Part shown: positions 1-9,134 of the stretch, one piece after another | How the letters are laid out: each line of letters starts with the position of its first letter | How positions within the stretch are numbered: position 1 is the first letter of the stretch | From: Candidatus Marinacidobacterales bacterium | Lineage (GTDB): Bacteria; Acidobacteriota; Vicinamibacteria; Marinacidobacterales; SMYC01 | DNA: 64,000 nucleotides | Assembly: GCA_965224085.1 (NCBI GenBank) | Contig: CBDCYI010000004.1 | Location: forward strand, 416,001 to 480,000 | Direction: 5' to 3' | Notes under the pieces: model-generated | Told to the model about the DNA's origin: nothing | What the model saw: the letters and a program-made list of their open reading frames with translations, nothing else | Database searches by the model: none | Program-made: the position numbers and the translations under genes

Positions 1-547
1 CGAGGCGCTTTTCGATCGTATTCACGACGAGCGATCCGAGACGTTCACGCGTCTCGTCGGCCACGTCGACGAAGTGGACGCCCATCCCGCGACGGATGCG
101 CGCCTCGGGGACGCCCTCTTCCGCACACCAAAGCACTTCCGCGTTTAGCTCGAACACGTCGCCTGCATCGTCCTCCGAGATACCCGTGATGTAGACGATC
201 AAACGCTCCCCGACTTGGACGAGAGTGTCACTCGCGAGAAAAGAGCCGCTTCGGCTCAAATTGACCACGCTCGCGTCGAAGCTCTCGCCATCATGATGCA
301 CCATCGCGTGAGCGTCGACAGGAACGCGCAGCTTGCTCTCATCTCCGAGACATTCCCGAATCTCTTCGTTCGAGAAAGACGCGCCTTCATTGTGGCGGAC
401 GAGACCCGAGTGGAAGACGAGGAGCTCGTAGATGGCCTTCAGCTCTTCCCAGCGCTCTTCGTCCGCGAGCGAAAGATTGCCGTGCTGTCGGGACTTCGCC
501 TCGTTGAGCTCGTCATATTTGCGGATGAGGTCGAGAACGGTTTTCAT
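1..547 (-). CDS. PilZ-domain protein, 3' end runs off the window
   Basis: Not in ORF track. Manual translation from ATG 547: MKTVLDLIRKY...KLRVPVDAHAMVHHDGESFDASVVNLSRSGSFL...AEVLWC...GMGVHFVDV, with the NxSxxG and GMGVxF PilZ motifs. Confidence 0.75.
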   Translation of the reverse strand, partial: MKTVLDLIRKYDELNEAKSRQHGNLSLADEERWEELKAIYELLVFHSGLVRHNEGASFSNEEIRECLGDESKLRVPVDAHAMVHHDGESFDASVVNLSRSGSFLASDTLVQVGERLIVYITGISEDDAGDVFELNAEVLWCAEEGVPEARIRRGMGVHFVDVADETRERLGSLVVNTIEKRL

Positions 548-563
548 GGGGTTTCGGCTACAC

Positions 564-2525
564 CTACTGCGACGTCGCGGACTCTATCGAAATGAATCGC
601 TCGAACCATTCGACGTTGCGCGTCAAAAGGTCGCGCACCAGGCGCGGCTCCCGCACACCATGCGGCTGGCCGGGATAGATCACGAGCTTGGTCTCGGCCT
701 TTCCGATGGCCCGCACGGCTTCGTAGAACTGAATGCTCTGCTCCGCGGGGACGCGATCGTCCTTCTCCCCGACTTGGATCAAAAGAGGTGTCGTCACTTT
801 CGCCACATGGCGGTACGCCGAGCGCTCTTCGTAGAGCTCGAAATCCTCCCACGGCTTGGGCCCGAGATACGTGTGGTAGAAATCGGGGATATCGGTCTGT
901 GAGTACATCGAGATCAAGTCGGTAGCACCCGCGCCGGCGCTCGCTGCGCGATAGCGATCCGTTTGCGTGATGCCCCAGTAAGTGTGGTGCCCGCCGAAAC
1001 TCCACCCCATGACGCCGAGGCGCTCTGGGTCCGCGACGCCGCGCTCGATCAAAGCGTCCACGCCAGAATCGATGTCGATCCAGTCGCGCCCGGAAATGTC
1101 GCCTCGATTGAGGCCACGGAAGCGTTCGCCATAACCGGTCGAGCCGCGATAGTTCGGCTGCAGCACCGCGTAGCCCATGCCGGCGAAAACTTGAATCGGG
1201 TAGGCGCCGCGCCGCGGTGAGAATCGGTCCGACGAAACACCGGAAGGCCCGCCGTGGATCACGAGAAGAAGAGGCACGGTGTCGCCCTCACGATACTCGG
1301 TTGGCAGCGTGAGCACACCTTCGATCTCTTCGTTGTCGGCGCGGGATGGCCACCTCACGACGCGCTGCGTGCCGAGCCGAAATTCCGAGAGCTGCGGGTT
1401 CGAGTCGGTGAGCCTCTTGGGAGAAAAACCGCTCGTGCCGGAGACGAAGACGTCTGGCGCCATTTCGCCCCCTTCCCCGATGAAAGCCACGACGTCACCG
1501 GCCTCGCTCGCGCTAAAGCTGTGGGAAAAGGCGTCACCCGAAACCCGCGACGCCAATCCGTCGGCGAGGCGAACGCGATAAAGCCCGCGGCCCGTACGAT
1601 AGGTCGCTTCAACCAAGAGCTCATCGTTATGAATCGAGACGAACGTCGCGTTCTCGTCGAGACCATCGCTCAGAGACACCGCAGCGCCACCGTTCGAAGA
1701 GACTTTGAAAAGCTTTCGGTTATACGTCCCGAGCAGATGGCCCGTGGCGGAGACTACAAGCCCGTGTCGTTGTGTCCACGCCACCGGCCACTCCCCTCCA
1801 GCCATGCTCGTCACACGCCGCGCGTCGGCTCCCGCCGACGCGACGACGAACACGTCACTCTCGCGATTCGTGCGCAAGGCCGGCGACGGGCGCGCTTGAA
1901 AAGCAACGCCTATCGAGTCGGGCGCCCATACAAAGGCCGACACGTAAGCCCTTTCCGGCGAGACTTGCACGGCTTCACCCGCGTGTCCGTTCTCGAGTGG
2001 CGCTATCCACAGTTGTGACCACTCGTCTTGGTAGGACTCGTCCCAAACCATGGGCCGGCCGCGCCCTTTCTCGAACGCTTCTTGATCCTCGCTCTTGTCG
2101 GGCTTGGCGACGAAACCGAGCTTCGTGCCATCCGGCGAGATGCGAAACGACTCCACACCGGTCGCCCAATCCGTGACCCGCCACGCTTCGCCGCCGTCAG
2201 GACGGATGCCGTAGACCTGATTCTTCTCGCCGCGATCGGAGGCGAAGGCCACCCAGCCGGAATCCGGCGCCCAGCGCGGCCTGTTATCCGTCCCGACATG
2301 CGTCGTCAGCCGAACGGGCTCGCCGCCGTCCACGGAGACGACCCAAAGGTCGGTGTCGTTGAGGTTTTCCTCGAAGTCCATATGGGCCACTACATAGGCA
2401 ACCCACCGACCATCGGGGCTCACTTGCGGATCGGACACCGAGCTCAGGGCGAGAACGTCTGCAACCTGCATGGGGCGCGGCTCCTGGGTCGCCGCCACAA
2501 GAGCCACTAGAAGAAGGATCTTCAT
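564..2525 (-). CDS. S9 family (prolyl oligopeptidase-like) peptidase with signal peptide and beta-propeller
   Basis: GWSFGG nucleophile motif, HGGP, NYRGSTGYG, D-R-V and YPGQPHG catalytic segments, PD40-like repeats. Confidence 0.93.
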   Translation of the reverse strand: MKILLLVALVAATQEPRPMQVADVLALSSVSDPQVSPDGRWVAYVVAHMDFEENLNDTDLWVVSVDGGEPVRLTTHVGTDNRPRWAPDSGWVAFASDRGEKNQVYGIRPDGGEAWRVTDWATGVESFRISPDGTKLGFVAKPDKSEDQEAFEKGRGRPMVWDESYQDEWSQLWIAPLENGHAGEAVQVSPERAYVSAFVWAPDSIGVAFQARPSPALRTNRESDVFVVASAGADARRVTSMAGGEWPVAWTQRHGLVVSATGHLLGTYNRKLFKVSSNGGAAVSLSDGLDENATFVSIHNDELLVEATYRTGRGLYRVRLADGLASRVSGDAFSHSFSASEAGDVVAFIGEGGEMAPDVFVSGTSGFSPKRLTDSNPQLSEFRLGTQRVVRWPSRADNEEIEGVLTLPTEYREGDTVPLLLVIHGGPSGVSSDRFSPRRGAYPIQVFAGMGYAVLQPNYRGSTGYGERFRGLNRGDISGRDWIDIDSGVDALIERGVADPERLGVMGWSFGGHHTYWGITQTDRYRAASAGAGATDLISMYSQTDIPDFYHTYLGPKPWEDFELYEERSAYRHVAKVTTPLLIQVGEKDDRVPAEQSIQFYEAVRAIGKAETKLVIYPGQPHGVREPRLVRDLLTRNVEWFERFISIESATSQ

Positions 2526-2556
2526 GTCATACCTCCCCGAGGAACGCTCTAGTGTT

Positions 2557-2925
2557 TCACAACTTCGCCACCACGCAGTAGCGGCGCGCCGGCGAGTGTT
2601 CCGTCGCTCTGCCGTCGTGGATGGCGAGCTCTCCGTTCACGAGAACATGGACGGTCCCTTCGGAATACTGCTTTGGATCTTCATAGGTCGCGAGGTCGCG
2701 TATCCGGTCACGGTCGAGCACGGCGATATCGGCCACGTAGCCTTCGCGAAGAAACCCGCGATCCTCGAGGTGCAGAAATTCCGCTGCGAGCCCGGTCATG
2801 CCACGAATCGCGAACGGCATCATCCATTTCTGCTGCGCGAGAAACCACGTGTTCTCGATGTCGTAGAGATCGAGGTTCATGACCGAAGCGTTGGCTTCGG
2901 TGATGATTCGGCGGACCGTGCGCAT
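2557..2925 (-). pseudogene. C-terminal fragment of an N-acyl-D-amino-acid deacylase/amidohydrolase
   Basis: DRGFLREGYVADIAVLD...DLATYEDPKQYSEGTVHVLVNG resembles the C-terminus of the intact paralogue at 57968-59620; N-terminal part absent. Confidence 0.75.
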
Positions 2926-3041
2926 TTGACAACCGCCGCCTGGGCGACCGGACGACGTTTACTGCCGAGTGTCGTAAATCTAGCCGCTTATGAAGACAAA
3001 CTGTGAGGTGTCGGATTGCCTTCCGGACTATCGAGACCGCC

Positions 3042-3305
3042 CTATGAAGTCTGATGCAGAGCAACACCTAGGCGGTTCAACAGGGACGCGCCGTCCCCAC
3101 GGAACGACGCACCGTGCATGCAGGCGAGAAGCTCGGGCCGCGTCGCGGCGAGCTTGTCCGTGAGAGAACGCGGATCGCGAAGGCTCGCATAGGGAAACGA
3201 CTTTCGCATCGCCTCACTCGGCTCCCACACGACGGCGGACGACTCCGTCAGTGCGGGAGCGTTGTTGCCGAGCTGTGTGAAAAGATCGCCACATAGAAGC
3301 GTTCC
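3042..3305 (-). pseudogene. C-terminal fragment of an MBL-fold (flavodiiron/ODP-like) hydrolase
   Basis: TLLCGDLFTQLG...LACMHGASFRGDG; abuts the GMC fragment on the opposite strand. Confidence 0.6.
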
Positions 3306-4423
3306 GGTGCCTCGGCGGCGAGAAAGCTCGGCTGGCACCCGTTTCCCGGTCCGGCCGCCGTCAATTCCAAGCCGTTCGAGAACCGAGCGGCTTGCGTCTA
3401 TCATGGATTCTGCAGCCGAGGTGGCTGCCATGTCGGCGCAAAAAATTCTACCGCCGTCTCCACGATTCCCAAAGCGCAAGCCACCGGCCGATTGAACGTC
3501 GTGACCGAAGCCCACGTCACCGAAATCACCGTGAACGGCGACGGGCGCGTGAACGGTGTGACCTATCTGAAAGACGGCGAGTCCTACTTCCAACCTGCTG
3601 CCGTAGTGCTGCTTGGCACCTACACCTACGAGAACGTACGGACGCTGCTCCTTTCCAAATCGAAGGCCTACGTAAACGGCTCTCCAACAATCACGGTCAG
3701 GTCGGCAAGCATTACCTGAGCCACAACACGAGGGCGGGAGTGCTCGCGCTATTTCCGTCGAGCTTGAACACGTGGTACGGCCTTCCGGCGCAAGGTATCG
3801 CCGTGGATAACTGGGCCGATGACAACTTCGACCACGCCGACCTCGATTTCGTCGGCGGCGGCAACCTGTGGGTCTACACCGAAAGGCACCCGATCGCGGC
3901 GGCGAACATGAACACATTCGGCCGCGCACCGAGGTGGGGCTCTCGGTGGAAAGCTTTCATCAAGAAGAATGCGGATCGCTGGACCGGCTCCTATCTCCAA
4001 AAGACAACGCTTCCTTACGAGGACAACCACCTGGACCTCCACCCCACCGTGAGGGACCCGCTCGGCTTTCCAGTATGCCGGATCACGGCCGACTTCAAAG
4101 ACAACGAAAAACGGGCAGCCGCGTTCATCCAAGACAAGATGGTTCAGTGGTTCATGGAAGCCGGCGCCGTCGAGACGATCAGGCAATCCATCGGCACGAT
4201 GGGACCCACCACCCATGCCTATGGCGGCACTCGCATGGGCGACGACGCCGACACGAACGTTGTCGACCGCTGGGGATTCTCACACGAGGCACCCAATCTC
4301 GCGATCCTCGGAGCGTCAGTGATGGGGACGAGCGGCGCACACAACCCCACCCTCACAGCGCAAGCGCTCGCGTGGCGGACTGCCGCTCACCTCATCGAGA
4401 ACTGGCGCACGATCTCGAGCTGA
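3306..4423 (+). pseudogene. 5'-truncated, frameshifted GMC oxidoreductase (gluconate 2-dehydrogenase alpha-like)
   Basis: ENVRTLLLSKS in one frame, then NNHGQVGKHY...THAYGGTRMG...NPTLTAQALAWR in another; no N-terminal GxGxxG. Confidence 0.8.
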
Positions 4424-4464
4424 CGCAAGGCTTGCGTTCCAAATCCCACGCCTAGCCTCTCGTT

Positions 4465-4734
4465 TCAACGATCGCCGCCTCGCGACTTCGCCCCGGACTT
4501 GGCGAAACCTCGACTCGCCGTGTGCGGAGCGGAAGCCGTACCACTCGCCGCCGCATCCGTCTTTCCACCATCGAAGATTTCGATCGAGCCCGCCTCGACG
4601 AGCTTTTTGATGCGCGGATGCTCCGCGGCGTCGTCACGTAGCTGCCCGGTCTTGCCTGGGCCGAGGTGAAGCGATTTTCCGCGAGGCAGCGGGATCTTGA
4701 GCGGTGCTCGCGTCTTGTTCGTCACGGCTTTCAT
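4465..4734 (-). CDS. Small basic hypothetical protein
   Basis: 89-aa ORF with ATG start and plausible composition, co-oriented with neighbours. Confidence 0.6.
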   Translation of the reverse strand: MKAVTNKTRAPLKIPLPRGKSLHLGPGKTGQLRDDAAEHPRIKKLVEAGSIEIFDGGKTDAAASGTASAPHTASRGFAKSGAKSRGGDR

Positions 4735-4766
4735 GCCGCCATTCTACAAGATCCATCCGTGCGGTT

Positions 4767-5219
4767 TCAGGCTGATGCGGCTCGTCTCAGCAATGCGATC
4801 TGTCCACCATGGTAAAGATTGTGTTGAACGACCCCGTGCAAAAGATGATAAACCGTCCCGCCAGTACCGATGACGCCGCTGTCGAGCCGGCTATCGTCGA
4901 GCTCGGCAAGTGTTTCCATCAGACGGACGTGGCTCGTTTCGAGCTCCTTCAAGAGCGTCGTCCATGCATCGGCGCCGTGGGGCCAGTCTTCCTCCGCAGG
5001 CAAATCGCTCCCCTCCCCGTTCACCCGGCGAATAGCTTCCTTCTCCCACGCCACGATATGAAGCACGAGCTCCCGTATCGAGTGCGCGTCCGCGATCGGC
5101 CGCGCCGACGCCGTGTCCGTGCCAACTCCCTCGAGAAGCTCCTTCAGTGACGGCCCGTGCCACGCGTCACCGCTATACGCGCGACGTAGCTGATCACGAA
5201 TCCTCTCCATCTCGCTCAT
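4767..5219 (-). CDS. DinB family protein
   Basis: AWHGPSL, HSIRELVLHI, QHNLYHGGQI His triad. Confidence 0.9.
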   Translation of the reverse strand: MSEMERIRDQLRRAYSGDAWHGPSLKELLEGVGTDTASARPIADAHSIRELVLHIVAWEKEAIRRVNGEGSDLPAEEDWPHGADAWTTLLKELETSHVRLMETLAELDDSRLDSGVIGTGGTVYHLLHGVVQHNLYHGGQIALLRRAASA

Positions 5220-6052
5220 ATGCGTTTCACCATCATGAGCGTCCGATCGTCGCTGGGCTCGCCGGGCGCGAAGCGCGCGAGCTGATCGGCAACGGTCGAA
5301 GCTATCACCTGCGCCGGCGCGTCGGGTTCGGTGTCAACCCAGCGAACGATGTGGCGTTCATCGAAAATATCGCCGGCACTGTTCTCGGCTTCAGTGAAAC
5401 CGTCGGAAAATAACGCCAAGACATCACCCGGGTCGAGCTGGACGCTCTTTTCGCCGTAAGTCGCATTCTCGAGAGCACCGAGCACGAGGCCCGTCGAGTC
5501 GAGCGTGCGCCACTCGCCGCAGGCGCGCCGGAGTAGCGGCGGAAGATGGCCGGCATTTGCGTAGCGCAGCTCCCCGCTATCGGCATCGAGACTCCCGTAA
5601 AAGACCGTTGCCAGTCGGCCTTCAGAGGCGCTGTCGAGAAAATACCGATTCGCTTTCTCGAGCACTGCCGCCGGCGACGACACCTCCGGCACGAGCGCTT
5701 TGAGCGAACCCTGAAGCCCGGTCCGGCGAAGCGCAGCGGGGATCCCCTTCCCCATCACGTCCCCAAGAAGCAGCGTGACACGGCTGCCCTCGGCGCGCAC
5801 ATCGTAGAAGTCACCACTGATTAGTCGTGACGCGCGGTAGTGCAGGCCGACTTCCCATCCGGGCAAGAGCGGGATCTGAGGCAGCAAAGCACGATCGACG
5901 CGCTGCACCTGGTTGAGGTCTTTTTGGAGCCGTTCTATTTCGGCCTGGGGCATGCAGTCGAGGCAAACTTCGCTCGTCGGATAGATCGAGACGAGCTCGG
6001 GTTCTACATGACCGTCGCATTGACGGCACGGATGTTCCAATACAGTCGCCAT
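5216..6052 (-). CDS. PP2C/SpoIIE (RsbU-like) phosphatase with N-terminal C4 zinc finger
   Basis: SGDFYD, GDVMGKG, NAGH, FSDGFTE, SDDRT. Likely start ATG 6052 (MATVLEHPCRQC); the ORF extension to 6208 reads through a mobile element. Confidence 0.9.
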   Translation of the reverse strand: MATVLEHPCRQCDGHVEPELVSIYPTSEVCLDCMPQAEIERLQKDLNQVQRVDRALLPQIPLLPGWEVGLHYRASRLISGDFYDVRAEGSRVTLLLGDVMGKGIPAALRRTGLQGSLKALVPEVSSPAAVLEKANRYFLDSASEGRLATVFYGSLDADSGELRYANAGHLPPLLRRACGEWRTLDSTGLVLGALENATYGEKSVQLDPGDVLALFSDGFTEAENSAGDIFDERHIVRWVDTEPDAPAQVIASTVADQLARFAPGEPSDDRTLMMVKRI

Positions 6053-6055
6053 TAG

Positions 6056-6238
6056 TGTCTCGTCCGGGGATGGTGGAAACCCCTCGCCTTCAGGCGAAGA
6101 AAAGATTGTCGATGTCCCCGAAGGGGACGAGACTCCCCCGACTGAAGTCGGGGGGTTGAGAATGAAGCGGGCGCATGAAGTCGACTTCCAGTCGACGCGC
6201 CCGCGCAATCCACCGGCTTAAGCCGGTGGTTGATTTAA
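6056..6238 (+). mobile_element. Non-autonomous IS200/IS605-type miniature element
   Basis: Starts after TTAG (6052-6055) with a left end closely matching the local IS200 left end; ends in hairpin CCACCGGC-TTAA-GCCGGTGG-TTG, like the IS200 right end; no coding content. Confidence 0.8.
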
Positions 6239-6271
6239 TTTCTCCTCTTGTTGATTAATGTTCGCGTCGTG

Positions 6272-6865
6272 CTAGTCCCCTGCGGGATTGATCCCTTCGA
6301 TCTCCATCAAGGCTTTCTTGATGTCCAAGCCGCCGGTGTAACCGCCCATGCCCCCGCCGGAAGCAACGACGCGGTGGCACGGAATGACGATGGCCACGGG
6401 GTTCTTGCCGAGCGCGTTGCCGACGGCGCGCTGAGCCTTCGGCCGCCCGATACGCTCGGCTACATCCGTATAGCACTCGCACTCGCCGAAACGGATCTCG
6501 TTCGCAGCTTCCAGCACTTGCCTTTGAAACGGCGTTCCCCATCGAATGTCGACCGGCAGCTGAAAACGCTTGCGCTTACCTTCGAAATATTCGACGAACT
6601 GACGGCGCTCGCGGTCGAGCTCGCTGCCCGCTTTTTCGGGCAAAAGCTCGCGTTTTTCGAGGTCGTTGACCAAAGCGTCCTCCGACCGTCGGAAGCTCGC
6701 GAGGCAGAGACCCTTTCGCGTTCTCGCCAGAAACATCTTGCCGAACGGCGCGTCGATCCAGCCGTAATGCGCGCGGACGGGGTCGAAGCTTCTCTTGAGC
6801 GCCGCGTGGGCTCGTTTCCATTCAGACGCGCTCGGCGTGGGAAGCTCGGGATTCGGCATCGTCAC
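6272..6865 (-). CDS. ogt: Methylated-DNA--protein-cysteine methyltransferase
   Basis: GTPFQRQV, RAVGNALGKNP, IPCHRV active site, GGYTGG. Confidence 0.93.
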   Translation of the reverse strand: MTMPNPELPTPSASEWKRAHAALKRSFDPVRAHYGWIDAPFGKMFLARTRKGLCLASFRRSEDALVNDLEKRELLPEKAGSELDRERRQFVEYFEGKRKRFQLPVDIRWGTPFQRQVLEAANEIRFGECECYTDVAERIGRPKAQRAVGNALGKNPVAIVIPCHRVVASGGGMGGYTGGLDIKKALMEIEGINPAGD

Positions 6866-6878
6866 AATTCCTCTCGTC

Positions 6879-7377
6879 TTAGTCCATTAGTCCATAGCGG
6901 ACTTTCTTCATGGCTTGGTAAACCTGCGCCCGCGCGTTTCTCCGGGCTCATACCCAGAATCTCGGCGACGTCACGATACGGCAGACCCTCGTATTTCTTG
7001 AGGAGAAGCGCCGAGCGCTGCCGCGGCGTGAGGTCACGAACAACGTGGCCCAGCGCTCGCGCGAGCCGCCGTGTCTCCGATAGATCGTCGGGGTGGCCGT
7101 TCGCATCGTGGACGTCCGCCGCAGCATCGATGGGAGAGGTCCCTCGCAATTGTTCGGATCGAAAATGGTTCAGCACTTGGCGATGCGCGATGCGGTAGAG
7201 CCAGGCGCGGTGATTGGCGTCTTCCGGCAGTCGCGGAAACGCTTTGAATGCCCGCAGAAACGTATCTTGCAGCAGGTCGGCGGCGTCATCGGGATTCCCC
7301 GTCATCCGGAAGGCGTAGCGGTAGATTTCCTTCTGGTAGCTTTCGAGAATCTCTGCGAAACGCGCTTTTCCGGGCAT
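6879..7377 (-). CDS. ECF RNA polymerase sigma factor, frameshift near the C-terminus
   Basis: DAADLLQDTFLRAF, AWLYRIA, region 4 LTPRQRSALLLKKYEGLPYRDVAEILG; removing one base near 6940 restores NARAQVYQAMKKVR. Confidence 0.85.
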
Positions 7378-7668
7378 CTAGTCTGTATAACACCCGAGAA
7401 CACGAAATGTGAAAAAGCTCGGGACAAGTATTTTAGTCTTTCGCTTCTAGACCTAAGGTCGAGAACTCAGCCCAGAGGTAGCGAAGCTGTCATCTGGGGC
7501 AGTCAGGCGCATGAATTTGAGTCAGCCGATCTCCCTGTAAAGGGAAGGGAATGATGCCTTTTCGTGGTCTTTCGTGACCCTTCTTTGCTTCTTCGTAATC
7601 AGCAGGTCGGGTGCTCAGAATTTGCTGCGGTTGCCCGTGACAACTACTAGGACGAGGCCCAGCTAGAG

Positions 7669-8694
7669 CTAATTTCGAATACGGCTTCTGGGCAACGGCC
7701 GCTCGGGAACGTCTTCGAGAAGGCCGCCGGCGCCGAGCGCGACGATATCCTCGCGCGTCAACGCGTCACCGGCAAGGAGGCGCGGGAGGACCCAGTCCAC
7801 CACGTTCGTTTTGCGGCTCCTGGCGCAGCCGGGCGCGCCGAGCACCGGGATCTCACCGATATAAGCCAGCATCAGGAGGTTGCCGGGATCCACGGGAGCG
7901 CCCACCGTTTCCACATCGCCACCGGCTCTCTCGACCGCCCGAGGTGTGATGTCGTGGCGGTCCATAATCGCGGTCTCGCCCGCCAGCACGATGAGCGCCA
8001 CGCCCTCGTCACACTGTTGCTCAATCGCCCGCGCGAGCGCTTCTTCGCCGCTAGCGTCTTCGAGCGTCACATAATCCCGATCGGAAACCTCGGCGCCGAG
8101 CGACTCGATCCTTTCGACGAGCGGCGAGAAGCTCTCGGTCAACGCGGCCTTCGCAGACGGCGAGCCCGAAAGGATCATTCCGACCCGGCGACGGGGTAGC
8201 TCATCCACACGAAGGAGCGGGACCTCACCCCGTGCCTCAGCCTCCGCCGATTCCACTACGTCGGCGGCGACGGCATAAGGGATGACTTTGACGGTCGCAA
8301 CCGTTTGTCCCGGCCGCACGACCGCATGGGCCGCGACCGACGCGAGCGTGATGCCGTCGCTCTCATTCAGCCGTTTCAAGCGCTCGCTGTCCACCCGGAA
8401 CAAACCGAGAACGCTCGCGCTAAGATTGATGCGACCGGTGGCGGCACCGGAGAGTCGGAGCCCTGCTCCGAGGGCCGCTTGCGCGACGCGCTCCGCGGCT
8501 TCGTTCTCGGGGACGTCGCCCGCTTCGAGCTCCGCCACGTAAACGACGCTCCGCCCAATCGCGCGCAGCGCTTCGAGATCACCGGGGGTGAGAGGTTTTC
8601 CTTTGCGAAGAAGTCGCTTGCCGTTGTCGCCCGCGACGTTGTGCCCGAGGATCTTGCCTTCGGCCTGTTCGAGCGGAACGGGCCCAAACTTCAT
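7669..8694 (-). CDS. Molybdopterin-binding (MoeA-like) accessory protein
   Basis: Start MKFGPVPL overlaps the coxG stop (ATGA); GAPVDPGNLLML and GAPGCARS motifs. Confidence 0.85.
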   Translation of the reverse strand: MKFGPVPLEQAEGKILGHNVAGDNGKRLLRKGKPLTPGDLEALRAIGRSVVYVAELEAGDVPENEAAERVAQAALGAGLRLSGAATGRINLSASVLGLFRVDSERLKRLNESDGITLASVAAHAVVRPGQTVATVKVIPYAVAADVVESAEAEARGEVPLLRVDELPRRRVGMILSGSPSAKAALTESFSPLVERIESLGAEVSDRDYVTLEDASGEEALARAIEQQCDEGVALIVLAGETAIMDRHDITPRAVERAGGDVETVGAPVDPGNLLMLAYIGEIPVLGAPGCARSRKTNVVDWVLPRLLAGDALTREDIVALGAGGLLEDVPERPLPRSRIRN

Positions 8695-9134
8695 GCTTCG
8701 ATTTTCTTCTTCACACAGGCAAAGAACTGCCCGGCCATCTTCGCCGACACCGGCTTCATGAGACGCGCCGCGAGGCTCGCAATGGTGCCCACGACTTTGA
8801 CGTCGGCCTTCCACGCCAAGTCCGTCGAGCCATTGGCGCCATCCGATAGAGAGACCTCGCTGCCGACATCGATCGAGCTTCCCGGCGCGGTGCCGTTCAT
8901 CTTCATCTTGGCGTCGTCCGGCTCTTTCAGTTCGGTCCATTCGATGGTGCTCTTGAACTTTACTTTGATGGTCCCGAGACGAAGCGCCCCCACCGCTTGA
9001 AACTTCTTGCCAGGATCCAGGATCTCCATCGACTCGATCCCAGGGGTGCAGTTCGAAACAGACTCCGCGTCCGTCAAAAAATCCCAGACTTCTTTACGCG
9101 TCGCTTTAATGTTGTCCTTACCTTCAATCAGCAT
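8691..9134 (-). CDS. coxG: Carbon monoxide dehydrogenase subunit G (SRPBCC fold)
   Basis: VWDFLTD...CTPG...VVGTIASLAARLM, located in the cox operon. Confidence 0.85.
   Translation of the reverse strand: MLIEGKDNIKATRKEVWDFLTDAESVSNCTPGIESMEILDPGKKFQAVGALRLGTIKVKFKSTIEWTELKEPDDAKMKMNGTAPGSSIDVGSEVSLSDGANGSTDLAWKADVKVVGTIASLAARLMKPVSAKMAGQFFACVKKKIEA

Noticed and set aside
7440-7665. Possible riboswitch or ncRNA between the cox operon and the ECF gene
   Set aside because: No motif I can recognise; needs an Rfam scan
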